IMG/VR virus record: IMGVR_UViG_3300044707_000932
Coordinates: 1 to 64,000 of that record
Length of the DNA stretch: 64,000 nt
Origin: a virus
Reading direction: 5' to 3' (one strand)
The notes beneath the pieces were generated by a model. The model worked only from the letters and a program-made list of their open reading frames with translations, ran no database searches and was not told the origin of the DNA. The first letter of the stretch is position 1, and each line of letters starts with the position of its first letter. Shown here piece after piece: positions 18,701 to 28,149 of this stretch. The translations under genes were made by a program, and so were the position numbers.

Positions 18701-20509
18701 TTGAATAATAAGAAGGAAATACAAGACAGAATCAAGCTTTTGATTAGATACAGTTTGGAGAAAACCCTCACTGAAAATAAGAAAAGTATATTAGAACAGG
18801 GTTCTCCGAAGGGGTCTATATATTCTAGAATTGGAGACACCGGAAATCCCTGGGAAACTATACCTGCTTATGAATCCAAAAAGAAGAAAGACGAGGAGGA
18901 ATATATCAAAAACTTTAAAGCGAGAGGTGGGAAAATCGGTTGTGATAGACCTGATAAGTTAATTATTCCTGGAGTGAATAAAATGGGTTTGAAAGGGGAA
19001 GATGCGATGGTTGAGGAATATCCTTGTACATATGCTGCACCAATCCCTTGTGAATTGACTACACCTGGTGAATATACTCGAGCAATAAATGGTACGGGTA
19101 TATCAACATTATACTTACCTCCAAACGCTAGGGTATTTTTTTGGGATGATATCACACAATGGACTAAATATTTCGAACAATATTGGGAAGGTGTATCCGA
19201 AGAAAATGAAGAAAGAGTTATTGATTATTTTTTGAAAATAGTTCCATTAGGAACAGTTAGAGAATTCTCTATAGCCAAACCAGAAAATCCTGACAATGTC
19301 CTCACTTACCGTGGAGTGTTGACCAGAGGGGAAAATTGTGGTCACTATGACGCAACAAAAAATAATTTTGTTTTCAGATGGTATTATACAACTTCAGAAC
19401 CTGATGAAAACGGAAAATACACAATGTCTCCCTACCCCGAAATGCAGTTCGTTGATAACAGAAGTGATTGGGATTACTTTTTGGATGAATATGGATTTGT
19501 AACTCAAATGGTTTTAGGTGCGGTTTATGCCTTGACAGGAATTTTCTGTGAGGGTTGTACTTGGCCCTTAATATTCGAAATAGGTATGGAAGGGGCTCTC
19601 GGAGTGGCTCAATCCCAAAGAGATATAGAAAAAGGAGATAACATATCGGCGGCGTTAGATTTGATTTTTGCGGTGCTCCCAATGATGAAAACCCAGAAAT
19701 TCTTTGGAGCGGTTCCAGCCCAAGAAGGTTTGGAAGTTTTAAATAATATGAGAAAGGCGGGATTGAGTAGAACAACTAAGCCTACCGATGTTATTAGATG
19801 GTACAGGAAACAACCAGACCAAGTTAAAAAAACCTTTTCCAAGATGATTCAAGGAGGGGATGAGTGGTCTGAAGCCAGAGTTAAAGAATTCTTCGAAAAA
19901 GCAGGCAATGATTTTTTTACCTATATCAGACAACATCCAAAAAAATTAATGGATATACCTTGGTATAAAACTATTCACGCAAAAGAGGCCGGGATAGGTG
20001 CTGCTCTTTTTCCTGTTAATATGATTTTGCGGGCAACACTTGGTCAACAACTGAACAGTGAAGAGATGGATAGGCTATCTCGAGTCCATGCGAACATAAA
20101 GGCGGTTGATGAAAAACTTGCTTTAGAATTTGAACAAAATTTAATTGTGAATGCCACCAGAGCAAAAGAATATTTGAAAAGTCCGGCAATGATTGAAATG
20201 TCGCTGATGGACCCATCAATTGCGGGTGACCCAAAATTGTGGCAAAATAAATCTATGGAAGCGTTTGGTGAATCAAATTATCAACAAATTCCAGAGGATG
20301 AAACAGGACTTATTCAGAACCAATCAATGGATAAAAAATCCGCTAAAGATAAAATTAAAAACAATAATTTATATACCAAAGAAGAGGTAATTAAAAACGG
20401 GTGGTTGGAAAAAGTGGGCAACATCGAAATAATTAATGGTATAAAGTATTATGTGGTCAAAGATACTACTTTGACACCTAAAACTTCGCAAGAACCTTCA
20501 AAACAATAA
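18701..20509 (+). CDS. Large hypothetical protein, probably virion-associated (start uncertain, 18623-18701)
   Basis: Long ORF; TATTTATA at 18681 precedes the in-frame TTG at 18701; DRIKLLIRY/LTE leader; central hydrophobic hairpin. Confidence 0.6.
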   Translation: MNNKKEIQDRIKLLIRYSLEKTLTENKKSILEQGSPKGSIYSRIGDTGNPWETIPAYESKKKKDEEEYIKNFKARGGKIGCDRPDKLIIPGVNKMGLKGEDAMVEEYPCTYAAPIPCELTTPGEYTRAINGTGISTLYLPPNARVFFWDDITQWTKYFEQYWEGVSEENEERVIDYFLKIVPLGTVREFSIAKPENPDNVLTYRGVLTRGENCGHYDATKNNFVFRWYYTTSEPDENGKYTMSPYPEMQFVDNRSDWDYFLDEYGFVTQMVLGAVYALTGIFCEGCTWPLIFEIGMEGALGVAQSQRDIEKGDNISAALDLIFAVLPMMKTQKFFGAVPAQEGLEVLNNMRKAGLSRTTKPTDVIRWYRKQPDQVKKTFSKMIQGGDEWSEARVKEFFEKAGNDFFTYIRQHPKKLMDIPWYKTIHAKEAGIGAALFPVNMILRATLGQQLNSEEMDRLSRVHANIKAVDEKLALEFEQNLIVNATRAKEYLKSPAMIEMSLMDPSIAGDPKLWQNKSMEAFGESNYQQIPEDETGLIQNQSMDKKSAKDKIKNNNLYTKEEVIKNGWLEKVGNIEIINGIKYYVVKDTTLTPKTSQEPSKQ

Positions 20510-20525
20510 CATAAAGTATAAAAAT

Positions 20526-22868
20526 ATGGAAAAAAGATTAATAACGGAAATCGAGAGGATTGGTGAAATAATGGGTGTAAAAAAATCATTGATAACTGAA
20601 GCCCCATTACCTAAATGGATGAGGGACCTCATAAAAAATAATTTTTGGGAAAGAGAAGGAAATGATGTTGTGAGTAGATGGGCAAAACCAGGAGAGTTCG
20701 GAACAATCGACAGACAAGGATTTAGAAACATATCGTTAGAAAATGGTGAAAACCTAAGAATTTCAAGAGCCGATAACGACGCATTGGATGATTTTTTATC
20801 CCCACCAAGACCTGGTGTTGCCACTAAAACCTATGAAACACTAACAAATAATCAAAAGCAATTGTTTTGGAAAATATTAGACGATGCTATGGCACAGGAG
20901 GGCAAAGGTGCCGAAGATTTATATAACGAGTGGGTAAAATCGAGAATTAATTTTTTAAAAAGATATAGTGAACTTGATGTTCTGAGAGATGTAGCGGCTA
21001 GAAATAAAAATAGGTCTGATAACCAAAAATTGTCCACTGTAGAATATTTGATTAGTGAAAAGGGTGTTGACCCTAATTTAGCTAGAAGAATTGCCCCTAT
21101 AATGGACGAACAAGTTCAATTATTAGAAAAAGGTGCGTTGACAGTTAATAAGGATTTAAAAGCGGTTTTAAAAATGGATGAAGAATTACAAGATTTTCTT
21201 ACTTCGTTCAACTCCTTGAGTCCTGAAAATGTCACAAGAATTGCTAGAGATAGAAAAATTGTAGTAGATGCGGTAGAAAAGGCGGATGCTCTTTACATTC
21301 AAGCAAAAAAACTAATGAAAAACCTCCAAGACGCTAGTCCAAACAACAGGCTTGAAATAGAAAGGGCACTAGCTGAGACAATGAGAGAATTATATAATAG
21401 TAAGGAATTAGTCGGAAGACAAATGACAAAATTTCTTGATGATATGGAGTCATCTGGTGATGATGAATTAGTCGAATTAGCAAAAAAAATAAAAGACGTT
21501 AGAAAACGATATACAGAGGGAGACGATTGGAAACTTTTGAAATTAACTAAAGACCAAACTAGATTCTGGGGTAAGGTTGGAAAGGCTTTTGGTGAAGGTG
21601 TAAACAGTAAAAACTTATTTACATTAGAAAGAGCGGCAGCGAAGGCGTTGGGGATGGTAATAAAACCAATTGCCGCTGGAGTTAGATGGCTTATTAGACT
21701 TTTCACAAAAAAAGAGGCTAAAGAAGTTGCTAAGACAACTGCCGATACTATAAAAAAAGAGTTTCCAAGTTACATGCAGGTGTTTAGAAGATTGATGACC
21801 GGTAGTGAGAGAGGTTTACCTCAAGATATACCCTTAGTTGGAACTAAATCAGGTACAATTGATGTCGGGGGTACAAGATACATGGACCCCTATCAGGAAC
21901 TTAGAGGTTATGGTGATGTTACAATTGGTCCCACAATTAAAGGAAAAAGATATGGGTTTACTTTGAGTGTACCTACACTGTCTTATCTAATGGAAATTTT
22001 TGCTGTTTCATTGAAATGGGTTGTGTATGATATGATAATTGGAACCGTTTTTCCGGCAATCGCCTTCCACTTTTACGGTGGGAAGGGGAACTATTCATGC
22101 TACAACACTTTAGTTAAATTTTTTGAAGAAAAGGGTGTAACAAAATATGGTGTAATTATGGAGTATTTGACTGATGAAGATTTGAGGAAAACAATGCCCA
22201 AATGTACAGACCAAGTTTTAAAAGACCAAAGTAACATGGGAATCCCTTTTACAAATATAAATTTAACAAATACACCTGAAATGGTGGCAATGAGATTAGA
22301 TTATATGTTGACACCAAATGGTTCTAGAACAGAAGAGGCTGGAGATTTAAGTACCTTTTGGTCTGAAGTTTGGGAAAATCTTGGAAGTGGATGGTTTACT
22401 GCTAAAGGTTTAATAACTTTATCACCCGTAAAAATAGATGATGCGTTTTGGTATGGTAATAAAATAATGAAAAAGTTTGCTGAATGGGATGCTGGTGCTT
22501 CCATTGACCCTGAACTACCAAACATAACTGACCCAAGTGAAATGCTTTTCAGAGATTTCTGTTCAGATATGAAACACACTTTTGTGAGTTTCGAAAATGG
22601 TGTTGGTACATCAAAAGACGCTACGGGTGAAATCAGATGTTGGCAATTGAATACTAATACGATGCAGGAGTTCATCGGTATAGATTGTCCTGGTTCGACA
22701 CCCAAAACAACCACTACAGATTCAATTCCTAAAGCAGATACTACAAGTAAAACGGTACAAGGAGTAAATGCTCCTCAGACACCTAGTGAAAAAACTACCG
22801 TAGAACCATTGGATTCAAATAAACTTAAAGATATCCAACAACAACTTAAACAAAAATACGGAAACTGA
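20526..22868 (+). CDS. Large hypothetical protein, probably virion-associated/ejected
   Basis: 780-aa ORF; ITEIERIGEIMG leader; helical with hydrophobic segments. Confidence 0.6.
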   Translation: MEKRLITEIERIGEIMGVKKSLITEAPLPKWMRDLIKNNFWEREGNDVVSRWAKPGEFGTIDRQGFRNISLENGENLRISRADNDALDDFLSPPRPGVATKTYETLTNNQKQLFWKILDDAMAQEGKGAEDLYNEWVKSRINFLKRYSELDVLRDVAARNKNRSDNQKLSTVEYLISEKGVDPNLARRIAPIMDEQVQLLEKGALTVNKDLKAVLKMDEELQDFLTSFNSLSPENVTRIARDRKIVVDAVEKADALYIQAKKLMKNLQDASPNNRLEIERALAETMRELYNSKELVGRQMTKFLDDMESSGDDELVELAKKIKDVRKRYTEGDDWKLLKLTKDQTRFWGKVGKAFGEGVNSKNLFTLERAAAKALGMVIKPIAAGVRWLIRLFTKKEAKEVAKTTADTIKKEFPSYMQVFRRLMTGSERGLPQDIPLVGTKSGTIDVGGTRYMDPYQELRGYGDVTIGPTIKGKRYGFTLSVPTLSYLMEIFAVSLKWVVYDMIIGTVFPAIAFHFYGGKGNYSCYNTLVKFFEEKGVTKYGVIMEYLTDEDLRKTMPKCTDQVLKDQSNMGIPFTNINLTNTPEMVAMRLDYMLTPNGSRTEEAGDLSTFWSEVWENLGSGWFTAKGLITLSPVKIDDAFWYGNKIMKKFAEWDAGASIDPELPNITDPSEMLFRDFCSDMKHTFVSFENGVGTSKDATGEIRCWQLNTNTMQEFIGIDCPGSTPKTTTTDSIPKADTTSKTVQGVNAPQTPSEKTTVEPLDSNKLKDIQQQLKQKYGN

Positions 22869-23623
22869 TGGAACTGAATTCTAAATTAAAACAACTTTAT
22901 CGAATAATTGAACTCCAAACGAGAGAGGGTCAAATCAGACCACCGATTAGGGTTAGTGGGTACAAATTAGAAGTACTTCCTGAGTTTGAAGCGGTTATGA
23001 AAAGTCCCTCTCTGAGAAAAAAGTTTTGGGAAGACAATCACGTGAAATTGAACGATTTAGGTATTGATATAAAAAGAAATTTTTTAGATTTCGAAAGTCA
23101 TTATGAGCTGGATAGTTTTAACGACTTGAGTTACCAAGACAAGGCTAAAATTGCCCGTTTGAAATTACAGGGGTTCACAGAAGTGCCAACGGTTAGTGGT
23201 AACTGTCCAACAACAGCAGGGTATTTTTATGAGAGGTTCCCAACAGGTGCGGCATCAGGTGCTGTTGTAGTTTGTTTGGCGAAGGCGAAGTCCGATACCA
23301 ATTATCCTCTCAAGAAAACCGATGACCCCCTTTATTGTATTAAAAATCAAAAGTATTATTCCTTAAAAAGAGGTTTGTTAGCTAGTTTTAACAAGGATAG
23401 ACAATGTCAAAAGATTGATATCGAGGGTACGACTTATTGGATTTGTTATTTCTTCGATGGAAAAGTTGAAATGGTGGATATCAATGATAATGTAGTAATG
23501 AAAGGTGGTTGGAGTTGTATACCCGGAAGTGAGAATTCATATACTATTGTTTTCAGTGACGGTCAAACCTTGACATTTACTGTTAACACTAAGGATGAAC
23601 CAATTGTGGGACAAAAAATTTAA
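22868..23623 (+). CDS. Hypothetical protein
   Basis: ORF track; TGATG overlap. Confidence 0.65.
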   Translation: MELNSKLKQLYRIIELQTREGQIRPPIRVSGYKLEVLPEFEAVMKSPSLRKKFWEDNHVKLNDLGIDIKRNFLDFESHYELDSFNDLSYQDKAKIARLKLQGFTEVPTVSGNCPTTAGYFYERFPTGAASGAVVVCLAKAKSDTNYPLKKTDDPLYCIKNQKYYSLKRGLLASFNKDRQCQKIDIEGTTYWICYFFDGKVEMVDINDNVVMKGGWSCIPGSENSYTIVFSDGQTLTFTVNTKDEPIVGQKI

Positions 23624-23661
23624 AGAGAAAAATAAACTATTTATAAGAAAAGTTTAATTAA

Positions 23662-25161
23662 ATGGATATCAGAAAATATTTGTTGGAGCAGTTGAATAGT
23701 CAACAATCGACAGCTGAACAACAAGCAAAAAAATTGAAAAATGCTGTTGATGTTGGATGTTTCACGGGTTCGATAGTGGTTGATAAAAATGCTGAGCCTA
23801 TAGAGGAACCAGGTTCACAACCATATGTTCAAGGCAAGGTTGGTAATGATGATGTAAAAATTACAGTTGAACCTAATTTACTTATTAATTTAACTCAAGA
23901 AAAACTACCTGTTGCACAAAGAACTCAACCCATCAAAAGAAGTTGGAATTGTAAATCTTTAGATAATTTATATGTATATCTTAATAAGATTCAAGAATTG
24001 GGATGGACTACTAAAGAGCCCACAGAGCTAGAAATTGGTGAAGGAAATGTTTTGGTTTATAATCTCAAAACAGGCTTGACTTGGTCATCAGATTTAAACA
24101 AGTTCGTTGCTCCGGCTAAGAATGACAACAGATATAAGCAACTTGAAACGTTTTTCAAATACACAAGTCCAATGTTGGCCAACTCAACTCAAGGAATTAA
24201 TGTGTATAAAACTGAAACGGATGTGAGTGACATAACAAATGTTAGATTAGATGATAGAGACTGTGAAGAATCTGTTACTAAGTTGTACAACTACTATACA
24301 AGAGATGAAAAGGCCGATAGTGATAGAATCAAAGTCGAGCAAGAAAATGTACAGAATTGTGTTTATCAGGGAAGACTAAGGTCAGGTAATGTAAGAGTAG
24401 GTCCTCCTAATTTATTCAACAAACAAAAACAAAAAAGAATTGAAGATGTGATGGATGAACTTTTTAATATGTCTTGGCAAGACCCATGGCAAAAACAATT
24501 CAGAATCACAAGGAAACGCGGCCAAAATGAGGGAAAGTTAGTGTTTAACGTCAAGAAAAATTTGATGGAGGCTTATGAGAAAAAACAAGCAAAATTAATT
24601 GAAGCTGACATTTGTAAAAAAAGACTTGATTTGATTATCGAAAACATGGAGGAATTTAAAAAATTCAACACTCCAAAAAAAATCGGTAAGGGTTTCAGAT
24701 ATCTAAGGGAAGCTTCCCAACTGAGAAAGTTAGGGCTATTGAATGAAGAACTAGGAAATTTATTCCAACAAATTTTTGGTAAATCTTTAGATGGTATCCT
24801 AACTAACGTATCAGAACCTTTGTTAACTTCAATTTTTGATAAGATAGACCTTCCTGAAGACATCAAAACAGACGTGGTAAATAGAATTCATTCTAAAACT
24901 ACAGAACTTTTGGCAAATATGGATAATTGTGAAAATCTGACAAACTTCTTATCTACACAACTTTCCGAAGCACTTGCTGATAAAATAATGGCAAACAAAC
25001 TGATTGGTTCAGAATTGATAGATAATAGTCTTAACGAGTTAGTTAAAGGAGAAAATTTCAAACAAAATATTTCCTCAAAATTACATGATAATATTTGTGC
25101 GTTGTTTGAAAAATTTTCTGAAAACGCGAAAAATTTGGTGACAAAACTTTCTGAAGTTTAA
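23662..25161 (+). CDS. Hypothetical protein, probably virion-associated
   Basis: 499-aa ORF; TATTTATA upstream. Confidence 0.6.
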   Translation: MDIRKYLLEQLNSQQSTAEQQAKKLKNAVDVGCFTGSIVVDKNAEPIEEPGSQPYVQGKVGNDDVKITVEPNLLINLTQEKLPVAQRTQPIKRSWNCKSLDNLYVYLNKIQELGWTTKEPTELEIGEGNVLVYNLKTGLTWSSDLNKFVAPAKNDNRYKQLETFFKYTSPMLANSTQGINVYKTETDVSDITNVRLDDRDCEESVTKLYNYYTRDEKADSDRIKVEQENVQNCVYQGRLRSGNVRVGPPNLFNKQKQKRIEDVMDELFNMSWQDPWQKQFRITRKRGQNEGKLVFNVKKNLMEAYEKKQAKLIEADICKKRLDLIIENMEEFKKFNTPKKIGKGFRYLREASQLRKLGLLNEELGNLFQQIFGKSLDGILTNVSEPLLTSIFDKIDLPEDIKTDVVNRIHSKTTELLANMDNCENLTNFLSTQLSEALADKIMANKLIGSELIDNSLNELVKGENFKQNISSKLHDNICALFEKFSENAKNLVTKLSEV

Positions 25162-25206
25162 ACCAAAATAAAAGAACAAACAAAAAGGGGGTGTTCTAAA
25201 ATCTGA

Positions 25207-25234
25207 AAGAAGGGGTTAATTCCCCTTCTTTTTT
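25207..25234. terminator. Bidirectional terminator
   Basis: AAGAAGGGG-loop-CCCCTTCTT plus T-tract between convergent genes. Confidence 0.75.
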
Positions 25235-25896
25235 GTTTTAACAATTTCGTCGATAATACCATAATCTAGTGCTTCATCTGAGTCAAGCCACAAGTCTCGA
25301 GTAGCATCTTGTTTAACTTGTTCGGGTGATTTGTCACAGTATTCACCAAGTAAAACAAATAGTGTATGATTAATCTTTTGCCATTCTTTCATACTAATTT
25401 CGGCATCTTGAATATTTCCTCCGAAACCACCTGAAGATTGGTGTAACATTGTTCGTGAAAAACGAAGTGAACTTCTTTTAGCTTTTGTACCAGCACCTAA
25501 TAGTATTGAACCCATAGAGGCTGCCATGCCTGTGTTTACGGTGCGAATATCACATCCGATATAATTCATAACATCTACCATTGACAAACCAGATTTCACA
25601 CTCCCACCAGGTGAATCAATGTGCATAGTAATGTCAGTTTTATCTGTGGAATCCAAAAACATTAATTGTGCCTGAACTACAGTTGACATACGGTCGTCTA
25701 CAGGTCCTGCCACCCATAAAAGTCGGTCTCTCATCAATCGGGAAAAAATATCTATTTGTGTCGCCCTCATTTCCCTTTCTTCGAGAATATAAGGTGTCAT
25801 TGAAGATTCTATCTTCATACCGTGATAATGTAAATCTAAAGAGTTTTTACCCAAATGATTTACATAATACTTTTCAAATTCATTTTGAAATCTCAT
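25216..25896 (-). CDS. clpP: ATP-dependent Clp protease proteolytic subunit
   Basis: DIFSRLMRDR, IDSPGGSV, GMAASMG (catalytic Ser), MLHQ, RDLWL..EALDYGIIDEI. Confidence 0.95.
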   Translation of the reverse strand: MRFQNEFEKYYVNHLGKNSLDLHYHGMKIESSMTPYILEEREMRATQIDIFSRLMRDRLLWVAGPVDDRMSTVVQAQLMFLDSTDKTDITMHIDSPGGSVKSGLSMVDVMNYIGCDIRTVNTGMAASMGSILLGAGTKAKRSSLRFSRTMLHQSSGGFGGNIQDAEISMKEWQKINHTLFVLLGEYCDKSPEQVKQDATRDLWLDSDEALDYGIIDEIVKTKKKGN

Positions 25897-25931
25897 AATT
25901 GATTATTTTCAACAAAAATATGAAAATAAAA

Positions 25932-26576
25932 TTAAAGACCCAAAATATCATCCACAATTTCTTTCGAATCTAAATTGGTCCAATTTCTAGGGTGTTCGTA
26001 TGACCAAAAAACTTTCCAATTACCATACCAGATTTTTCCGTGTTTTCTGTGGTCTCTGGTTTTGAAATCAGTACTTTGTTTCGGAAATCTACCGATGTTA
26101 TAAGTTTTATAGTATTCTATACCTGAGGTTTTGTAAAAAGAAGGAAACATCTTATCTATCTCTTCAAATCTTGAAACTACGGTTGGTTTACACATGTGAA
26201 TTCTTTCATATTCTTTGATTCGGTCTGCCCATAGGCTGGCTTCATCGAAATTATGGGTATCTAAATTGAATAAAACCATCTGTCCAGCGTCGTTGAATCT
26301 GTGAGCATAAATTTTTTGTAACCCATAGTTCAAAACAAATTTATAAATTATGACCTCCCATTCCCCATAAAACTCTATGGGTACTGTAAATTCTTTTCTC
26401 CAAATTTCCTCGGGTGATGTTGTAATTTTGTGAGATTGAATATGAGACGAATGGTCCTCTCCTTTTCTGTACTCTCTTAATTCCACCAAATAGTTTAAGT
26501 CTGGTCCATAAACTTTTACTTTAGGAAAAGGAGAAAAATTTATATCAATAAGTTCATCATTTATTTGAATATACAT
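25932..26576 (-). CDS. Hypothetical protein co-transcribed with the carbamoyltransferases
   Basis: ORF track; overlaps the upstream gene; ends DDILGL. Confidence 0.6.
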   Translation of the reverse strand: MYIQINDELIDINFSPFPKVKVYGPDLNYLVELREYRKGEDHSSHIQSHKITTSPEEIWRKEFTVPIEFYGEWEVIIYKFVLNYGLQKIYAHRFNDAGQMVLFNLDTHNFDEASLWADRIKEYERIHMCKPTVVSRFEEIDKMFPSFYKTSGIEYYKTYNIGRFPKQSTDFKTRDHRKHGKIWYGNWKVFWSYEHPRNWTNLDSKEIVDDILGL

Positions 26577-28149
26577 AATTTCCTATAACTAATTTATCAA
26601 TTATTTTTTTTTCTAACGAATTGAAAGCTTGTGAAGGATTTTCGATAATCGGTTCATTATGTGAATTGAATGAAGTATTCAATAGCACTGGAATTCCTGA
26701 AATTTTATAATATTCATTTAATATTTCCCAAAACTTTGGAAGTTTATCTTTTCTTACCAATTGTGGTCTTGCCGTTTTATCGGATTTTTGAATTACAGCT
26801 GGAATTTTTTCAATCCACTCGGCTTTGGTTGAATAACAAATTGTCATAAACTCAGCACTATATTTGGATTTAGGGTTTTCGAATATACTTTCGAAAAATT
26901 CTTCCATAACTATTGGAGCAAACGGCATTGTATCATATCTATGTAGCCTTTGGTTCAATATTTTGTGGGTTCCGATATCCGTTGGTCTAACCAAAATACT
27001 TCTGGCCCCCAACGCTCTTGGACCGTGTTCAGAACCATATTGATACCATCCAATAATTGACCCTTGATTTATTTCTTTGGCAATTTTTGAGGGATTGTAA
27101 TCTTCTACGTTAAAGTTATATGATTTTGATATCTCATTTACTTCATCATCTGAGTATTTTGGGCCAAAATAAACATTTTCGAACTTTTTAGGTGAGTTCC
27201 ATTCCCCAAGTGAGTTGGCTTTGATGATACATGCCCCTAACGCTAATCCTTCATCACCCATTGGTGGCATAATATATATTTCTTCAACCCAAGGTAACTC
27301 GTTAATTTTTTGATTCAATTTTACGTTAGCAAAAAGACCACCTGATAAACATATTTTTTTGTATTCTGGATATTTTGAATGTAAATCTTCTAAAAACTTC
27401 AGAAATATATCTTCCGTGTATTTTTGTAAGTTATAACAATAAATTTGTTGTCCTTCCAATGAATCAAAATAACCATGAGAATATAAATAATCGGCAACAA
27501 ATTGAGTTTTGGATGCTGTTCCTGATGGGAAAAACCTAAAATTATCGTATTTTATACAGCTCGAAATCATGTTATAAATGTCTTTATCAAAATTTCCGTT
27601 AGGTGCCATACCCATAAGCTTACCTTCATCTTTACACATCTTCCAAATGCCCTCACCGTATTTATCATAGTGTTTCATTGATGAAGTACTAAATCCCCAC
27701 AAATGGGCTAGACTCCCGTAATCGGACATTAATCCTCGTAGGACAAGATTCATTTTTCCATTCTCACAAATAAAAACCTTGAGAACGGAACTCTCCCCAC
27801 CCCCATCATAAGATATTGTCATAACCTTTCCGTCCATACCACTTGTAAAATAAGCACCATAACAATGGGCATCGTGGTGACTAACAGTTTCGTATTTACC
27901 TCTAGTTTTTCTTGTTGCCCAAACTTCAGGGATGGGTTCTACAAAGACATTGTAGTCCGCATCAGTCAATTTCAACCCTGTAACCTGTTGTATTTTTTCT
28001 ACTGACAAGTCAGCTTGCCTGTCATAATATTCCCCGGCTTTAATTCTTGTTATTCTTTCCTCTTCGATTACAGAAACGATTTCTCCGTCATTTACTAGGG
28101 CACAGACTTGACTGTGGGAACCTGTGAAAATACCGTATATGGAGCTCAT
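26557..28149 (-). CDS. NodU/CmcH/TobZ-family carbamoyltransferase
   Basis: EEERITRIK, HHDAH, DGGGE, EGKLMGMA, GGLFANVKLN, GPRALGARS, LLNTSFN. Confidence 0.92.
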   Translation of the reverse strand: MSSIYGIFTGSHSQVCALVNDGEIVSVIEEERITRIKAGEYYDRQADLSVEKIQQVTGLKLTDADYNVFVEPIPEVWATRKTRGKYETVSHHDAHCYGAYFTSGMDGKVMTISYDGGGESSVLKVFICENGKMNLVLRGLMSDYGSLAHLWGFSTSSMKHYDKYGEGIWKMCKDEGKLMGMAPNGNFDKDIYNMISSCIKYDNFRFFPSGTASKTQFVADYLYSHGYFDSLEGQQIYCYNLQKYTEDIFLKFLEDLHSKYPEYKKICLSGGLFANVKLNQKINELPWVEEIYIMPPMGDEGLALGACIIKANSLGEWNSPKKFENVYFGPKYSDDEVNEISKSYNFNVEDYNPSKIAKEINQGSIIGWYQYGSEHGPRALGARSILVRPTDIGTHKILNQRLHRYDTMPFAPIVMEEFFESIFENPKSKYSAEFMTICYSTKAEWIEKIPAVIQKSDKTARPQLVRKDKLPKFWEILNEYYKISGIPVLLNTSFNSHNEPIIENPSQAFNSLEKKIIDKLVIGNYVYSNK

